DNA of 64,000 nt, from positions 2,249 through 66,248 of the forward strand of contig JBFLZD010000013.1 in NCBI GenBank assembly GCA_040756435.1. Reading direction: 5' to 3'. How positions within the stretch are numbered: the first letter of the stretch is position 1; every line of letters begins with the position of its first letter. The notes beneath the pieces are model-generated. The model had not been told where the DNA came from. It was given only the letters and a program-made list of their open reading frames with translations, and searched no databases. Origin of the DNA: Spirochaetota bacterium. GTDB lineage: Bacteria > Spirochaetota > UBA4802 > UB4802. This document shows, piece after piece, positions 48,353 through 58,882 of the stretch. A program made the translations under genes and the position numbers.

Positions 48353-50209
48353 TTACTTCCCCTTTTGAGTATTAATCTTTTTTTGCACTTCAGGTTTTGG
48401 GTCAAGTTTGTAAGCTTTGTTCCAGTACTCCAGAGCTTTATCCGGTAATTGCAGGGCATTATAAGCATCACCAATGTGTTCATACACAACAGCATCAGGA
48501 TACCCTTCAAGTTCTAATTCTTGTGCTGCTTCTAATAGCAAAGGCAATGCATCATGATATTTTCCCATTTTATAATATACCCACCCTAATGAATCTAAAT
48601 ATGCTCCATTTGTGGGTTCACTTTCTAGTGCCATGTTTATAAGAGTCAACGATTCATCTAAATGAATGTTGTTATCAGCATATAAATATCCTAAATAATT
48701 ACATATTCTGGCGCTCTTTTGTTCATTGTTACAGGCTTCCTGTAATATAGCGATAGTATCCTGCACCCGTTTCTGCTTATCAAGAGTGGATGCCAGGTAA
48801 AAATAATAGGTTTCCAACTTTTTTTTATCAATTGCTTTTCGGAGCATATCTTCTGCATCAGCATAATTATTTTTTTGCAGATATACCAAACCTTTAAAAA
48901 AATACGTATCGGGATTTTCTTTATCCTGATATTGTGCAGCATTCATGTATTCAAAAGCCTTTGTATAATCTTTCAAAAGGGCGTATAGATAGCCAATTCT
49001 TAGCAAAACCTCATTGTCTTTTTTCATAGAATAGGCAATAGTATAGTAATAGATGGCTCTGCTCAGTTGATTGGTATCTTCATATAGTTGTCCCAAATAC
49101 AGATATGCTTCATGTATGGATGGGTCATTAGCCAAAGCCATAGTGAACATTATTGTTGCAGCATCATAATCTTTTTTTTGATACAGCATAACACCTGCGG
49201 TGTAAAAGTTTGCTGCAGCAGTAGCAGCATCATTTTTTCTCATTGCAATCCTGGCCAGTGCAATATATGGCATATCAAGGGACGCGTTCATCCTATTCAT
49301 CTTTAGTGCCAACTCCCGGGCTGCATCATCATTGTGCAACAGTTCATTATACATCATCCGTGCAAGCTGCCCTTCCGAGCTTCTGTGATTAATAGCTTTT
49401 CGTAATACAGGCAAGGCTTTCATATCTTCATAGATATAGTATATTCTGCCTGCATGCAATATTGCTTTCAAGTCGTTAGGATATCGTTCAAGATATTGCA
49501 TGATATAGCTTATTGCCTGTTTTATATCACCTTTTTCCAGATTCAAAAGTCCCAATATATATAACATGGAATAATTTTCCGGATTTTCGTTGTACGCTTT
49601 TAAAAAATAGTGATACGCTTTTTTAAATTCGCCAAAACTATAATATATGTGCCCTAAATAATAATACGATTGTTCTTTATAGTAGGATTCAATTGATTCA
49701 AATTCACTCTGTTCTATAACTTTTAAAAAATGATGCCGCGCTTTACCATTCTGTTTTAACTGCGAATAATAGACAGTTGCTACATTAAAACGCACCCGGT
49801 ATAATTCAGGTCTTTTTTGCAACAACTTTTCCAGTACCAGAACACCCTCGTCAACCTGGTTCAGGTTCATATATACAGAATATTGCAACACATACGGCTT
49901 ATCCCAGTTTTCATTTACTGCAATTGATTTATTGGCATAATCTATCGCTTTAGCATAATCATACTGATAATAATAACATTCTGCAATCTGATAGTAAATG
50001 GCATCTAACTGGTTACCTTCTTTGCTTGCCTCTTCAAGGAGTTTAATTGCCTCAGGATAATTCTTTTTATTTTTTAATAGTAATGCCTTGCTGTACAATT
50101 CAAACGATGTTTCTTTATATGCAGGCCTGGCATTAGTTTCAGTCTTTGTATCTGGTAAAGAACTGCATGACAGTGTAATAATCATCAAAAGCAGCAAGAA
50201 TTTTTTCAT
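48353..50209 (-). CDS. tetratricopeptide-repeat lipoprotein (618 aa)
   Basis: Lipoprotein signal MKKFLLLLMIITLSCSS followed by more than 12 TPR-like repeats. Confidence 0.75.
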   Translation of the reverse strand: MKKFLLLLMIITLSCSSLPDTKTETNARPAYKETSFELYSKALLLKNKKNYPEAIKLLEEASKEGNQLDAIYYQIAECYYYQYDYAKAIDYANKSIAVNENWDKPYVLQYSVYMNLNQVDEGVLVLEKLLQKRPELYRVRFNVATVYYSQLKQNGKARHHFLKVIEQSEFESIESYYKEQSYYYLGHIYYSFGEFKKAYHYFLKAYNENPENYSMLYILGLLNLEKGDIKQAISYIMQYLERYPNDLKAILHAGRIYYIYEDMKALPVLRKAINHRSSEGQLARMMYNELLHNDDAARELALKMNRMNASLDMPYIALARIAMRKNDAATAAANFYTAGVMLYQKKDYDAATIMFTMALANDPSIHEAYLYLGQLYEDTNQLSRAIYYYTIAYSMKKDNEVLLRIGYLYALLKDYTKAFEYMNAAQYQDKENPDTYFFKGLVYLQKNNYADAEDMLRKAIDKKKLETYYFYLASTLDKQKRVQDTIAILQEACNNEQKSARICNYLGYLYADNNIHLDESLTLINMALESEPTNGAYLDSLGWVYYKMGKYHDALPLLLEAAQELELEGYPDAVVYEHIGDAYNALQLPDKALEYWNKAYKLDPKPEVQKKINTQKGK

Positions 50210-50365
50210 GGCGATAGTTCCTTTAAATCATCTGTGGTATTGTTTTAACAAAACTTTCCCGGTACAAAATGGATGGCATATACCTTCCAAATAAGACTAC
50301 TATACGTATAGTACAATAGTGAGAGTGTCCCAAAAGACACCTCATTGCAACTACTATGCACCCTC

Positions 50366-50625
50366 GTCATTGCGAGTGCCGCAGGCACGTGGCAATCTCA
50401 TCTTCTGCAGCATGGTGATTGCTTCACTTCGACAAGCTCAGTGCAAGCACTTCGTTTGCAATGACACATCAGCCTATCCCGTCATTGCGAATGCCGCAGG
50501 CACGTGGCAATCTCATCTTCTGCAGCATGGTGATTGCTTCACTTCGACAAGCTCAGTGCAAGCACTTCGTTTGCAATGACATTGCACTCACGTCATTGCA
50601 AGCCCCACGGTTTGTTTTAAGACGG
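50366..50625. repeat. palindromic repeat cluster D (family 1): two near-identical tandem 100-bp units (50366-50465, 50481-50580) plus a partial unit
   Basis: GTCATTGCGA(G/A)TGCCGCAGGCACGTGGCAATCTC...GATTGCTTCACTTCGACAAGCTCAGTGCAAGCACTTCGTTTGCAATGAC, repeated twice. Confidence 0.85.
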
Positions 50626-50689
50626 CCCCGATGTATTACAATATATACTTTTTACAGTAACTGTCAAATATAAAACATTGCAACTATAA

Positions 50690-50813
50690 GAGAACTTCTA
50701 AAAATTGTCTTTTTTTGAATGTTCCTTTGTGGACATAATTTATAGGATTAAACTGATTTCTATTATATAAATATAATTTCGGATGAAACCAGTTTTTTAA
50801 AGGTGCCCATAAG
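50690..50813. repeat. palindromic element family 2, diverged inverted copy
   Basis: The reverse complement aligns along about 120 bp with 30522-30640 (CTTATGGGCACCTTT(C/A)AAAAACTG...CCTATA...CCACAA(A/G)GGAACAT...GAAGTTC). Confidence 0.6.
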
Positions 50814-50975
50814 AATGCAACAATTTTGTAACAAAACGAAAAGGATTGATACAAAAATACTTTGCAAATGCACATAAATTTTGTATATTATACACTGCAT
50901 GTGTGTACTTAATAGTACTGGTTCATGAAAGTAAGGAATATACAGGTACATTAAAAATTTTTCAGGAGGTAACAA

Positions 50976-51674
50976 ATGCTTTTTGGGATTGACCCTTTAT
51001 ACTGGATGATGATGGCTCCCGTTCTTTTAATTTCACTATGGGCTTCGTTCAGAGTGAAAAGTGCTTTTAACAAATATTCCCAAATTCCATCACGATCCGG
51101 GCATACCGGAGCTGATGTGGCACGTATAATCTTGCAGCAAAATGGTTTATCACATATCCCGGTTGAAGAAACCACCGGTTTTTTATCCGACCATTATGAC
51201 CCCATTAAGAAAGTAGTCAGGCTTTCACCTGAAGTATATAATAGCAATTCACTTGCTGCAATTGGTGTGGCAGCCCACGAAACAGGCCACGCTATACAGC
51301 ATGCTAAACTGTACAAACCGCTTGTGTTGCGCAATGCTATAGCACCAACCGCATCCATTGGTTCAAATCTTTCATGGATAATCATCTTTGCTGGTTTTGT
51401 CATTGGCTCATTAGGGCTTGTTAAATTGGGAATTTTACTTTTCAGCCTGGTAGTATTCTTTCAGCTGATTACACTCCCTGTAGAATTTAACGCTTCATCA
51501 CGTGCCAAGGAAATACTGCAAGGGTATGGCATCGTAAGTTCAGGTGAGCTTGTAGGTGTAAGCAAAGTACTATCAGCTGCCGCAATGACGTATGTGGCTG
51601 CTGCAGCATCAGCTATAATGACACTGTTGTATTTTCTCATCAGGGCAGGGCTTTTGGGTGGTAGAGATGAATAG
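50976..51674 (+). CDS. putative neutral zinc metallopeptidase (Zn_peptidase_2 / YugP-like membrane protein)
   Basis: HExxH motif AAHETGHAIQH flanked by transmembrane segments; 232 aa; GGAGG ribosome-binding site. Confidence 0.7.
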   Translation: MLFGIDPLYWMMMAPVLLISLWASFRVKSAFNKYSQIPSRSGHTGADVARIILQQNGLSHIPVEETTGFLSDHYDPIKKVVRLSPEVYNSNSLAAIGVAAHETGHAIQHAKLYKPLVLRNAIAPTASIGSNLSWIIIFAGFVIGSLGLVKLGILLFSLVVFFQLITLPVEFNASSRAKEILQGYGIVSSGELVGVSKVLSAAAMTYVAAAASAIMTLLYFLIRAGLLGGRDE

Positions 51675-51685
51675 AAGAGTCAGGA

Positions 51686-51715
51686 TGGGGGGTGTCCAAA
51701 AGGCACCCCCTTTTG
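51686..51715 (+). terminator. rho-independent terminator after the zinc-peptidase gene
   Basis: GGGGGGTGTCC-aaaa-GGCACCCCC followed by TTTTG. Confidence 0.6.
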
Positions 51716-51719
51716 CAAT

Positions 51720-52170
51720 GACTTTTGCCCTCCTGTCATTGCCAGGAACGAAGTGACGAAGCAATCTTGTCTTCTGCTGTATTGAGATTGCTTCACCCCG
51801 ACTTCGTCAGGGTTCGCAATGACCTTCATACTTCATCATTGCGAGGAACGAAGTGATGAAGTAATCCCTCTTTTCATCGTTATAGGATTGCCCCCCTCGA
51901 CAAGCTCAGAACAAGCCTTACGTTCCCCACGACTTTTGCCCTCCTGTCATTGCCAGGAACGAAGTGACGAAGCAATCTTGTCTTCTGCTGTATTGAGATT
52001 GCTTCACCCCGACTTCGTCAGGGTTCGCAATGACCTTCATACTTCGTCATTGCGAGGAGCAAAGCAACGAAGCAATCTCTCCTTCCGTGTCACTGAGATT
52101 GCCTTCCTTCGACAAGCGGTTACTAAGCTTGTCGAAGCACTCAGGACAAGGGCTGCACTTGCAATGATAA
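51720..52170. repeat. palindromic repeat cluster E (family 1 variants): 89-bp units at 51735-51823 and 51946-52034 inside a roughly 211-bp tandem duplication, a degenerate unit (51834-51933), and a 123-bp unit (52045-52167)
   Basis: GTCATTGCCAGGAACGAAGTGACGAAGCAATC...GAGATTGCTTCACCCCGACTTCGTCAGGGTTCGCAATGAC is duplicated with its flanks. The ORF 51819..52193 is repeat-derived. Confidence 0.85.
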
Positions 52171-52326
52171 ATACTGTATGTCATTCTGATTAAAGCGTAT
52201 GTCCTGAATTTATCCAACAGAAAAATCTATTTAAAACAAAAGTTACACCATCATTTAATTTGTTGACATATTTATATAGTTCTGATATATAAAATTAAAA
52301 TCATAACGATTTATTTAAGGAATACA

Positions 52327-54462
52327 ATGAAGGTTTCCAGCTTTGTACAGGTGCTATCAATTATCATTTTATGCTGGTGGACTCCTGGTTGCGACACCGG
52401 TGATCCTGTTATAGATTTGCACTCTGACTGGAAATTATATTTGGGAGACAATTTCTCCATTGCTGAACCTGAATTTGATGATTCCGGGATGCAACCAATA
52501 AACCTTCCCGGGAAACTATCGCCAAAAAAATCAAAACAGTATTTATGGCTAAGAAAATCAATTGTTATACCGGATTCATTTAAAAAGTATGATAGTGCAT
52601 TTGTTTTGGGGAAAGTGTGGGATGTTGAACAAACATATTTTAATGGGTATAAAATTGGGTCAGCAGGGAGTGAATATCCTAACTTTCACTCAGAATGGAA
52701 CAGCTTCAGGTATTATTTAATTCCTTCACATACTATTAAATATAACCAGACGAATATCATTGCCATACGAGTATTCAGCAATCAGAATGCTGAATATAAT
52801 GGTGTGCCTCTAATTACTACACTTACTAACGCCAAAGTAATAAATTTTTATCGTTCGTTACTGGCAGAATATATACCTCTTGCAACCAGCTTTCTTACAT
52901 TAATTCTAGGCATTATTGCTCTATATTTTTATGTTAAAAATAAAGACATCCTCACACTTTATTTTGCCATTGTTTCTCTCTTGTGGTGTATTAGTGCAAT
53001 GCATTTTTATTTGCCACATTACTGGATTATGGACTTCAATACACAGGATAAAATATATTATGCTCTAACTGCAATTATTGCGATAGTTGTATATTTCTTT
53101 TTTGAAAATGTAACCAACAGCTTTAACAGGACACTCAGAATTGTTATTACAATTGCAGCCGTATGTATGATATTCTTAAGCCTTTCAGCTACTGAACATG
53201 ATCCAGTAACAGGCTGGCGATTTCAGGTTATTGGATCATTTGGGCTTATTGTTCAGATACTGTGGGGAGCACTTATTATAAAGGGTATACGAAATAATAA
53301 AAAAGAAGCAAAAACACTTTTAATCCCTTATCTTTTTATGATGCTATGTGTAGCACATGATTCCCTTGCGGTATCGGGTATTTTATACACAAATTTCTTC
53401 TGGATTAATTTAGGGTATCCCGCATTAATTTTAGGCATAGGTGCAATTCTGTCACAACGCTCTGCCATACTGGCACAGGAACTTCTCCACTCAAAACAAT
53501 ATATTGAAAAGAAGAATGCAGATCTGCTACAGATAGTACAAAAAATCAATCAGTCAATTGGGGAATTACAGCATGTTGCAAAGGAAGTTGAAAGTTCTGC
53601 CAGCATTTTGCACAATAGCATGCATGATCAGACCACCAGCATTGAGCAAACATCAGCAGCATTAGAAGAATTTTCATCCACAGTAGATATCATTGCATCT
53701 AATTCACAGCATCAGGATACAATTCTTAATAAAAATAAAGACCTGTTAATGGAATTAATTAAAGGTATTGACCATATTACCGATGCAGCCAAAACAGCAG
53801 TTAAGCTGAGCTATAAAAGTCAGGGACAAACAGCGGTAACAAAAGAACACCTTTCTGAAGCACTGAGAGGAATAGAAAAAATAAAAGATTATTCGGACAC
53901 CATATTAACAATAACAGAAACAATTAATGATATAGCTGAAAAAACCAATCTGTTATCACTCAACGCTTCAATTGAAGCTGCACGGGCAGGTGAATATGGA
54001 CGCGGTTTTGCTGTTGTAGCTGATGAAATTGGGAAATTAGCAGATAGATCCTTAGAACAATCAAAAAATATTCAGTCAATTTTATCTGAGATAGTAAGTG
54101 ATATTGAAAATCAGACAATCCTTATGGGCACCGTTGTGTACTCAAATGAAGATGTTGAACGATCTGTTTATATGGTTAATCATGCCATAGACACAATCCT
54201 TGATTTTTGCATATCACAGGAGCAATTAACAAAAAGCATCGAAGAAAATATGGCACTTGTACTGCAAGGCTCTTCTCAAATTACTATCGCTACGCAGGAA
54301 GAAAAAGTAACTATTGGTGAGATTAGTTCAACAATACAGCAACTTGTTACTATAACAAATGCTGTATACGAAAATACTGAAATGTTAACAAAGACTCTGG
54401 CAAAAATTCTGTCACAAATAGATATGCTGCAATCCATTGTTCAAACAAAAAACACTTTTTAA
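52327..54462 (+). CDS. methyl-accepting chemotaxis protein with an N-terminal 7TMR-DISM sensor (extracellular DISMED2-like domain plus 7 TM helices)
   Basis: Signal sequence, periplasmic domain, seven hydrophobic helices, then the MCP signalling domain [33 protein letters not shown]. Confidence 0.8.
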   Translation: MKVSSFVQVLSIIILCWWTPGCDTGDPVIDLHSDWKLYLGDNFSIAEPEFDDSGMQPINLPGKLSPKKSKQYLWLRKSIVIPDSFKKYDSAFVLGKVWDVEQTYFNGYKIGSAGSEYPNFHSEWNSFRYYLIPSHTIKYNQTNIIAIRVFSNQNAEYNGVPLITTLTNAKVINFYRSLLAEYIPLATSFLTLILGIIALYFYVKNKDILTLYFAIVSLLWCISAMHFYLPHYWIMDFNTQDKIYYALTAIIAIVVYFFFENVTNSFNRTLRIVITIAAVCMIFLSLSATEHDPVTGWRFQVIGSFGLIVQILWGALIIKGIRNNKKEAKTLLIPYLFMMLCVAHDSLAVSGILYTNFFWINLGYPALILGIGAILSQRSAILAQELLHSKQYIEKKNADLLQIVQKINQSIGELQHVAKEVESSASILHNSMHDQTTSIEQTSAALEEFSSTVDIIASNSQHQDTILNKNKDLLMELIKGIDHITDAAKTAVKLSYKSQGQTAVTKEHLSEALRGIEKIKDYSDTILTITETINDIAEKTNLLSLNASIEAARAGEYGRGFAVVADEIGKLADRSLEQSKNIQSILSEIVSDIENQTILMGTVVYSNEDVERSVYMVNHAIDTILDFCISQEQLTKSIEENMALVLQGSSQITIATQEEKVTIGEISSTIQQLVTITNAVYENTEMLTKTLAKILSQIDMLQSIVQTKNTF

Positions 54463-54479
54463 GAAAGGATTATATTACT

Positions 54480-55991
54480 ATGAACTATCGCTCTCATAAA
54501 ATAACAATATTATTATTCTTTATACTGTTGGTTGCAATTTTTCTTTCACTTAGTATTTTTTTTAAAGCGTTTTATCCTTTTCATGTATCCTGCATACCAT
54601 CAAAATCTACTGAGCATGAATTTTTACAATACTTTGACCAGCGCATAAAAGTTTTAATGACAAAATATAACATTCCAGGTGTAAATATTGCTCTCATCAG
54701 ACAAGGAAAACTATTGTGGGTAAATGCATATGGCTTTGCCAACAAAGAAAAAGCAATACCCATGAAACTGGAAACAACCTGCCGCGTTGAGTCAATTTCA
54801 AAATCAGTAACAGCGTGGGGTATTTTAAAACTGATTGAGCGGGGAGCTATTTCTCTTGATGATCGGGTTATAAAACATTTGAAAACATGGAAATTCCCAC
54901 CATCTGCATTTAATCCTGAAACCATAACAATACGGCAGTTATTAAGCCACAGTGCAGGATTGCCCCTGGGTACAATCGGAGTCAGCTATGCTCCTGATGT
55001 CGTAATACCAACCTTACGAGAAAGTCTTTACAAGGATGCCGTCATGATGACATCTCCTGGCTCAACATTTTCTTACTCAAATACAGGATTTAATCTGCTT
55101 GAATTGCTGATTGAAGAGGTAACAAACCAACCTTTTGCCGTATATATGCAGCAAGAAATTTTGCAGCCCTTAGGCATGAAGCACTCAAGCTATCAATGGA
55201 GGGATAGTTTTCAACCATTTCCTAACGGATATACCCTTGATGGTAAACCCGTCCCTGCTTATGCATATCCTGAAAAAGGTGCAGGTGGCTTATTTTCAAC
55301 AATTGAAGATATTACGCGGTTTGTTACTGCAGGTATGACTAAATTCAATGACACCAGCACAAAAGTACTTTCTCACCAATCTATACAGACATTATACAAC
55401 CCCACGGTAAAGATACCTGGCCTGTATGGTTTTGCTTTCCCATGGTATGGTTTTGGACATTTTATTGAATTTTCAAAAAATAATATGATAGCAGTATCAC
55501 ACGGAGGACAGGGTACAGGATGGATGACACACTTCCATTCAATACCCCAAACTGGTGATGGTATTGTAATTTTAACCAATAGCCAACGCAGCTGGCCTTT
55601 TTTTGCATATATTCTGAATGATTGGGCACGGTGGATTGGATTTGATTCTATAGGAATGAGTAAGATTATCTTTGCAGAATATACATTATGGATTGTATTA
55701 TATCTGATATTCATGATACTACTGATATATGTATATCGTCTGTTAAAAGGATTAGTGTTACATACTCGTTCATTCATGTTCATTCAGAAAAGATATTCGC
55801 CTGGGCAGATACTAAAGCTTTGTATTGCCTGTGGCATATTTGGTATACTATTATGGTCTATTAATCAAGATTATCTTTTTATCACATCTGTATTTCCTGA
55901 AGCTTCAGTATGGGCAGGGTATTGTCTTGCTTTTTGTGGCTTTGTGCTGCTTATGTATTTTTTTATGCCTGAAAAAAGTATAAGCAGCTAA
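54480..55991 (+). CDS. beta-lactamase-related serine hydrolase with a C-terminal polytopic membrane region
   Basis: SxxK (SISKSV), YxN (YSNTG) and HGG motifs; N-terminal signal anchor; about 4 C-terminal TM helices. Confidence 0.75.
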   Translation: MNYRSHKITILLFFILLVAIFLSLSIFFKAFYPFHVSCIPSKSTEHEFLQYFDQRIKVLMTKYNIPGVNIALIRQGKLLWVNAYGFANKEKAIPMKLETTCRVESISKSVTAWGILKLIERGAISLDDRVIKHLKTWKFPPSAFNPETITIRQLLSHSAGLPLGTIGVSYAPDVVIPTLRESLYKDAVMMTSPGSTFSYSNTGFNLLELLIEEVTNQPFAVYMQQEILQPLGMKHSSYQWRDSFQPFPNGYTLDGKPVPAYAYPEKGAGGLFSTIEDITRFVTAGMTKFNDTSTKVLSHQSIQTLYNPTVKIPGLYGFAFPWYGFGHFIEFSKNNMIAVSHGGQGTGWMTHFHSIPQTGDGIVILTNSQRSWPFFAYILNDWARWIGFDSIGMSKIIFAEYTLWIVLYLIFMILLIYVYRLLKGLVLHTRSFMFIQKRYSPGQILKLCIACGIFGILLWSINQDYLFITSVFPEASVWAGYCLAFCGFVLLMYFFMPEKSISS

Positions 55992-56039
55992 AAAATATTT
56001 TCTTAATATGTTGACAAACGTGCTACAATTTTTTGAAGT

Positions 56040-56140
56040 ATTCTACACTATACTGTAATTACGTTACTGGGGATGGGGTCCCCCGTTAAACGCCTTCCGG
56101 CTGATGGCTCCTACTGCATGGCAGTAGGTTTTTTATTTTT
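56040..56140 (+). promoter_or_regulatory. candidate structured 5' leader / transcription attenuator upstream of the cation:proton antiporter gene
   Basis: GC-rich paired elements (GGGGATGGGGTCCCCCG...) that end in an intrinsic terminator hairpin CCTACTGC-atg-GCAGTAGG plus TTTTTTATTTTT (56110-56140), 42 nt before the antiporter ATG. A possible promoter (TTCTTA-N18-TACAAT) lies around 56005-56035. Confidence 0.4.
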
Positions 56141-56181
56141 ACCTGCGCCAAAATTCTTAACTATATTTTATGGAGGTTTTT

Positions 56182-57393
56182 ATGCTGACTATGTTTGTAG
56201 TAGCATCGGTGTGGCTTGGACTGGCAGTTATTTCCACAATTCTTGCAAACAGGCTTAAAATATCAATGGCCCTTATGGAAATTACCGTTGGGGCAATAGC
56301 AGGTTTCATCTTTGCTAAATATTTTAATCCTGATTTTATGCAGGCTAATTCTGACTGGATAAAATTTATTGCCGGTACCGGAGCTGTAGTGCTAACCTTT
56401 TTAGCTGGTGCAGAACTTGATTATCATACCATCCGGGATACATTTAAAGAAGTTACCATTGTTGGCTTTATAGGCTTTCTTTCTCCATTTATTGGGTGCA
56501 CATTGATTGCATATTACATTCTTGGCTGGAGCTTCCAGTCCAGCTTACTTGCCGGTGTGGCACTGTCCACTACATCCATGGCTGTCGTGTACGCAGTTAT
56601 GATTGAATACGGATTTAATAAAACAAAATATGGCAAGGGAATACTGGGAGCATGTTTTATAAATGATCTGGGAACAGTCATTGCACTTGGAATCATATTT
56701 GCCCCATTTACCTACAAAACAATTATTTTTATAATAGTGGCGATAGTAACCTTTATTGCCATGCCGGTAATAACTTCACGGCTTACAAAAGTCTATGGCC
56801 ACCGTACCGTAGCAATAAGAACCAAGTGGATATTATTTATATTGTTTGCATTAGGATCGTTAGCTCTATGGTCGGGCAGTGAAGCTGTACTGCCTGCATA
56901 TATACTGGGGATGGTACTTGCTTCAAGTGTTGCTAAGGATGAATTTTTTATGCGCCGTTTAAGGACACTTACAATAGGATTTTTAACACCAATTTATTTT
57001 TTACGTGCTGGATTTTTAGTGAATCTTCCTGTAATTTTTCTTGCCCCATTACCGTTTATAATACTTTTTAGCGGCAAAGTTATCACAAAAATCTTTGGGT
57101 TATATCCTGTCATTGGTATATTCAAAGAAAGCACTAAAGAGCGATGGTACTATACACTTCTTATGTCAACAGGACTGACATTTGGATCAATCTCAGCATT
57201 GTTTGGTTTAACTCATAATATTATTGACCAGAACCAGTATTCATTTTTAATTGCCGCTGTTATTGCCAGTGCTGTTGTTCCCACTCTTATTGCCAATACA
57301 TACTTTTTACCTGAACATCTACTTGAAGTTCCAATGGCAGATGAGGAAATACCCCAATTAGATGGATTAAACGGTTCAACTAATAATAAATGA
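56182..57393 (+). CDS. cation:proton antiporter (CPA/Na+-H+ exchanger family)
   Basis: About 12 TM helices with Na_H_Exchanger-like composition. Start set at the second ATG, 5 nt after GGAGG; the ORF track starts at 56170. Confidence 0.7.
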   Translation: MLTMFVVASVWLGLAVISTILANRLKISMALMEITVGAIAGFIFAKYFNPDFMQANSDWIKFIAGTGAVVLTFLAGAELDYHTIRDTFKEVTIVGFIGFLSPFIGCTLIAYYILGWSFQSSLLAGVALSTTSMAVVYAVMIEYGFNKTKYGKGILGACFINDLGTVIALGIIFAPFTYKTIIFIIVAIVTFIAMPVITSRLTKVYGHRTVAIRTKWILFILFALGSLALWSGSEAVLPAYILGMVLASSVAKDEFFMRRLRTLTIGFLTPIYFLRAGFLVNLPVIFLAPLPFIILFSGKVITKIFGLYPVIGIFKESTKERWYYTLLMSTGLTFGSISALFGLTHNIIDQNQYSFLIAAVIASAVVPTLIANTYFLPEHLLEVPMADEEIPQLDGLNGSTNNK

Positions 57394-57452
57394 TACTATA
57401 CTATACCATACTGCGTAATGCGGTGTGGTATAGTGGTACAATAAAAATTCTT

Positions 57453-57481
57453 TTGACTTTTATGTATGTACACTGTATACT
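57453..57481 (+). promoter_or_regulatory. sigma70-like promoter (TTGACT-N17-TATACT) for the C69 peptidase gene
   Basis: Near-consensus hexamers with 17-nt spacing, about 70 nt upstream of the ATG; RBS AAAGGGGA. Confidence 0.45.
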
Positions 57482-57550
57482 GTGAGTTGTAATTTTAAAA
57501 CCAAGAGCAACAGAGCATATACTCATACTAAAAAATGAAAGGGGATTGTT

Positions 57551-58882
57551 ATGTGTGATACCATTGTTGCCACCAGCAAAGCTACTGCCGACGGCAGTGT
57601 AATCTTAGCAAAAAATAGTGACAGGGAAGCTAACGAAGCACAGCTATTAAAATATATAGCCAGACGAAACTGGGGTAGCGAAACAGCTGTCCAATGCACC
57701 TACATATCCATACCGCAGGTAAAAAGCACCCATGAAATATTAATTTCAACACCATTCTGGATGTGGGGTTGTGAAATGGGAGCAAATGAACATGGCCTTG
57801 CTATTGGCAATGAGGCGGTATTTACCAAAGAACCCTATGAAAAAACAGGACTTTTAGGTATGGATATTATGCGGTTAGCTTTAGAACGCTGTAAAACTGC
57901 GTATGATGCACTCATGCTATCCACCGAACTTATAGAACGCTATGGTCAGGGTGGCAATGCGGGAATGGAACATACATTATATTACCACAACTCATTTATA
58001 TTTGCTGACACTAACGAAGCGTATATCCTTGAAACCGCTAATAAACAATGGGTTGCAGTAAAAGTTGATGGTATACGCAGTATTTCTAATGGATTGACCA
58101 TAGAAGAAGAATACCATTATTCTTCAAAAAATATTGAGGATTATGCCCGCAAAAAAGGATACCTGAAAAAAGGAAAAACCTTTAACTTTAAAGAATGCTT
58201 TTCTGATTGGTTTTATACATATTTTTCAAAATGCGCTTCACGGCAATCACGGACAACAAGTTGTGCCATGCGCCATTCCGGTTCCATCACACCACACAGT
58301 ATGTTTGCATTTTTGCGTGATCACGGCAGCGACCAAGAATATCTTTCTCCCGATAAAACTGATATGGGAACGGTGTGTATGCATGCGTCACTTCTTCCCA
58401 CACGTCCAAGCCAATCGGTTGCTGCATTTGTTGCACATCTGCGCAAAGACACTCCTGTATTCTGGGCAACCGGATCATCAGGGACCTGTACAAGTGTCTT
58501 TATGCCATTTTATCTTGTTGGAAAAGAAATAGATTATTTTCCCGCAAATGAAACAAGTACATACTCACCTGACGTATACTGGTGGTTGCATGAAAAAATA
58601 CACCGTCAGGCCATTTTCAAATGGGATTATTTCCAGAGGACTATCGCCCCCGCTATTAATACACTTGAAGATGAATTTATTAAAAAAGAAAATGAACTGC
58701 ACAAAAAGAAGAATACCAGTAGCCAGAAGTATTTTGATTTTTCAAAACAATGTGTGGAAAAGGTCATTGAACTCCATGATCGCTGGGATAAGGAACTAAA
58801 AGCAGCTCCACCATCCCCAACCAGGCTTTCATTTAAGCTATTCTGGAATGGTCAGTCAAAAAAAGCCATGATACCCCTGTAA
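57551..58882 (+). CDS. Ntn-hydrolase peptidase, C69-family dipeptidase-like
   Basis: Nucleophile Cys at position 2 (MCDTIVATSKATADGSVILAKNSDR), as in C69 dipeptidases (MCTTI...ARNED). 443 aa. Confidence 0.6.
   Translation: MCDTIVATSKATADGSVILAKNSDREANEAQLLKYIARRNWGSETAVQCTYISIPQVKSTHEILISTPFWMWGCEMGANEHGLAIGNEAVFTKEPYEKTGLLGMDIMRLALERCKTAYDALMLSTELIERYGQGGNAGMEHTLYYHNSFIFADTNEAYILETANKQWVAVKVDGIRSISNGLTIEEEYHYSSKNIEDYARKKGYLKKGKTFNFKECFSDWFYTYFSKCASRQSRTTSCAMRHSGSITPHSMFAFLRDHGSDQEYLSPDKTDMGTVCMHASLLPTRPSQSVAAFVAHLRKDTPVFWATGSSGTCTSVFMPFYLVGKEIDYFPANETSTYSPDVYWWLHEKIHRQAIFKWDYFQRTIAPAINTLEDEFIKKENELHKKKNTSSQKYFDFSKQCVEKVIELHDRWDKELKAAPPSPTRLSFKLFWNGQSKKAMIPL

Noticed and set aside
50319-50673. 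ORFs 50319..50579 and 50419..50673
   Set aside because: Repeat-derived; they overlap repeat cluster D, which is two tandem 100-bp units.
51819-52193. ORF 51819..52193 (124 aa)
   Set aside because: It lies entirely within repeat cluster E, including an internal roughly 211-bp tandem duplication. The peptide (...CHCEERSDEAI...) is a repeat translation.
56073-56258. 61-aa ORF across the antiporter leader
   Set aside because: It spans the terminator hairpin and runs into the antiporter coding region in another frame. The region is better explained as a structured 5' leader.
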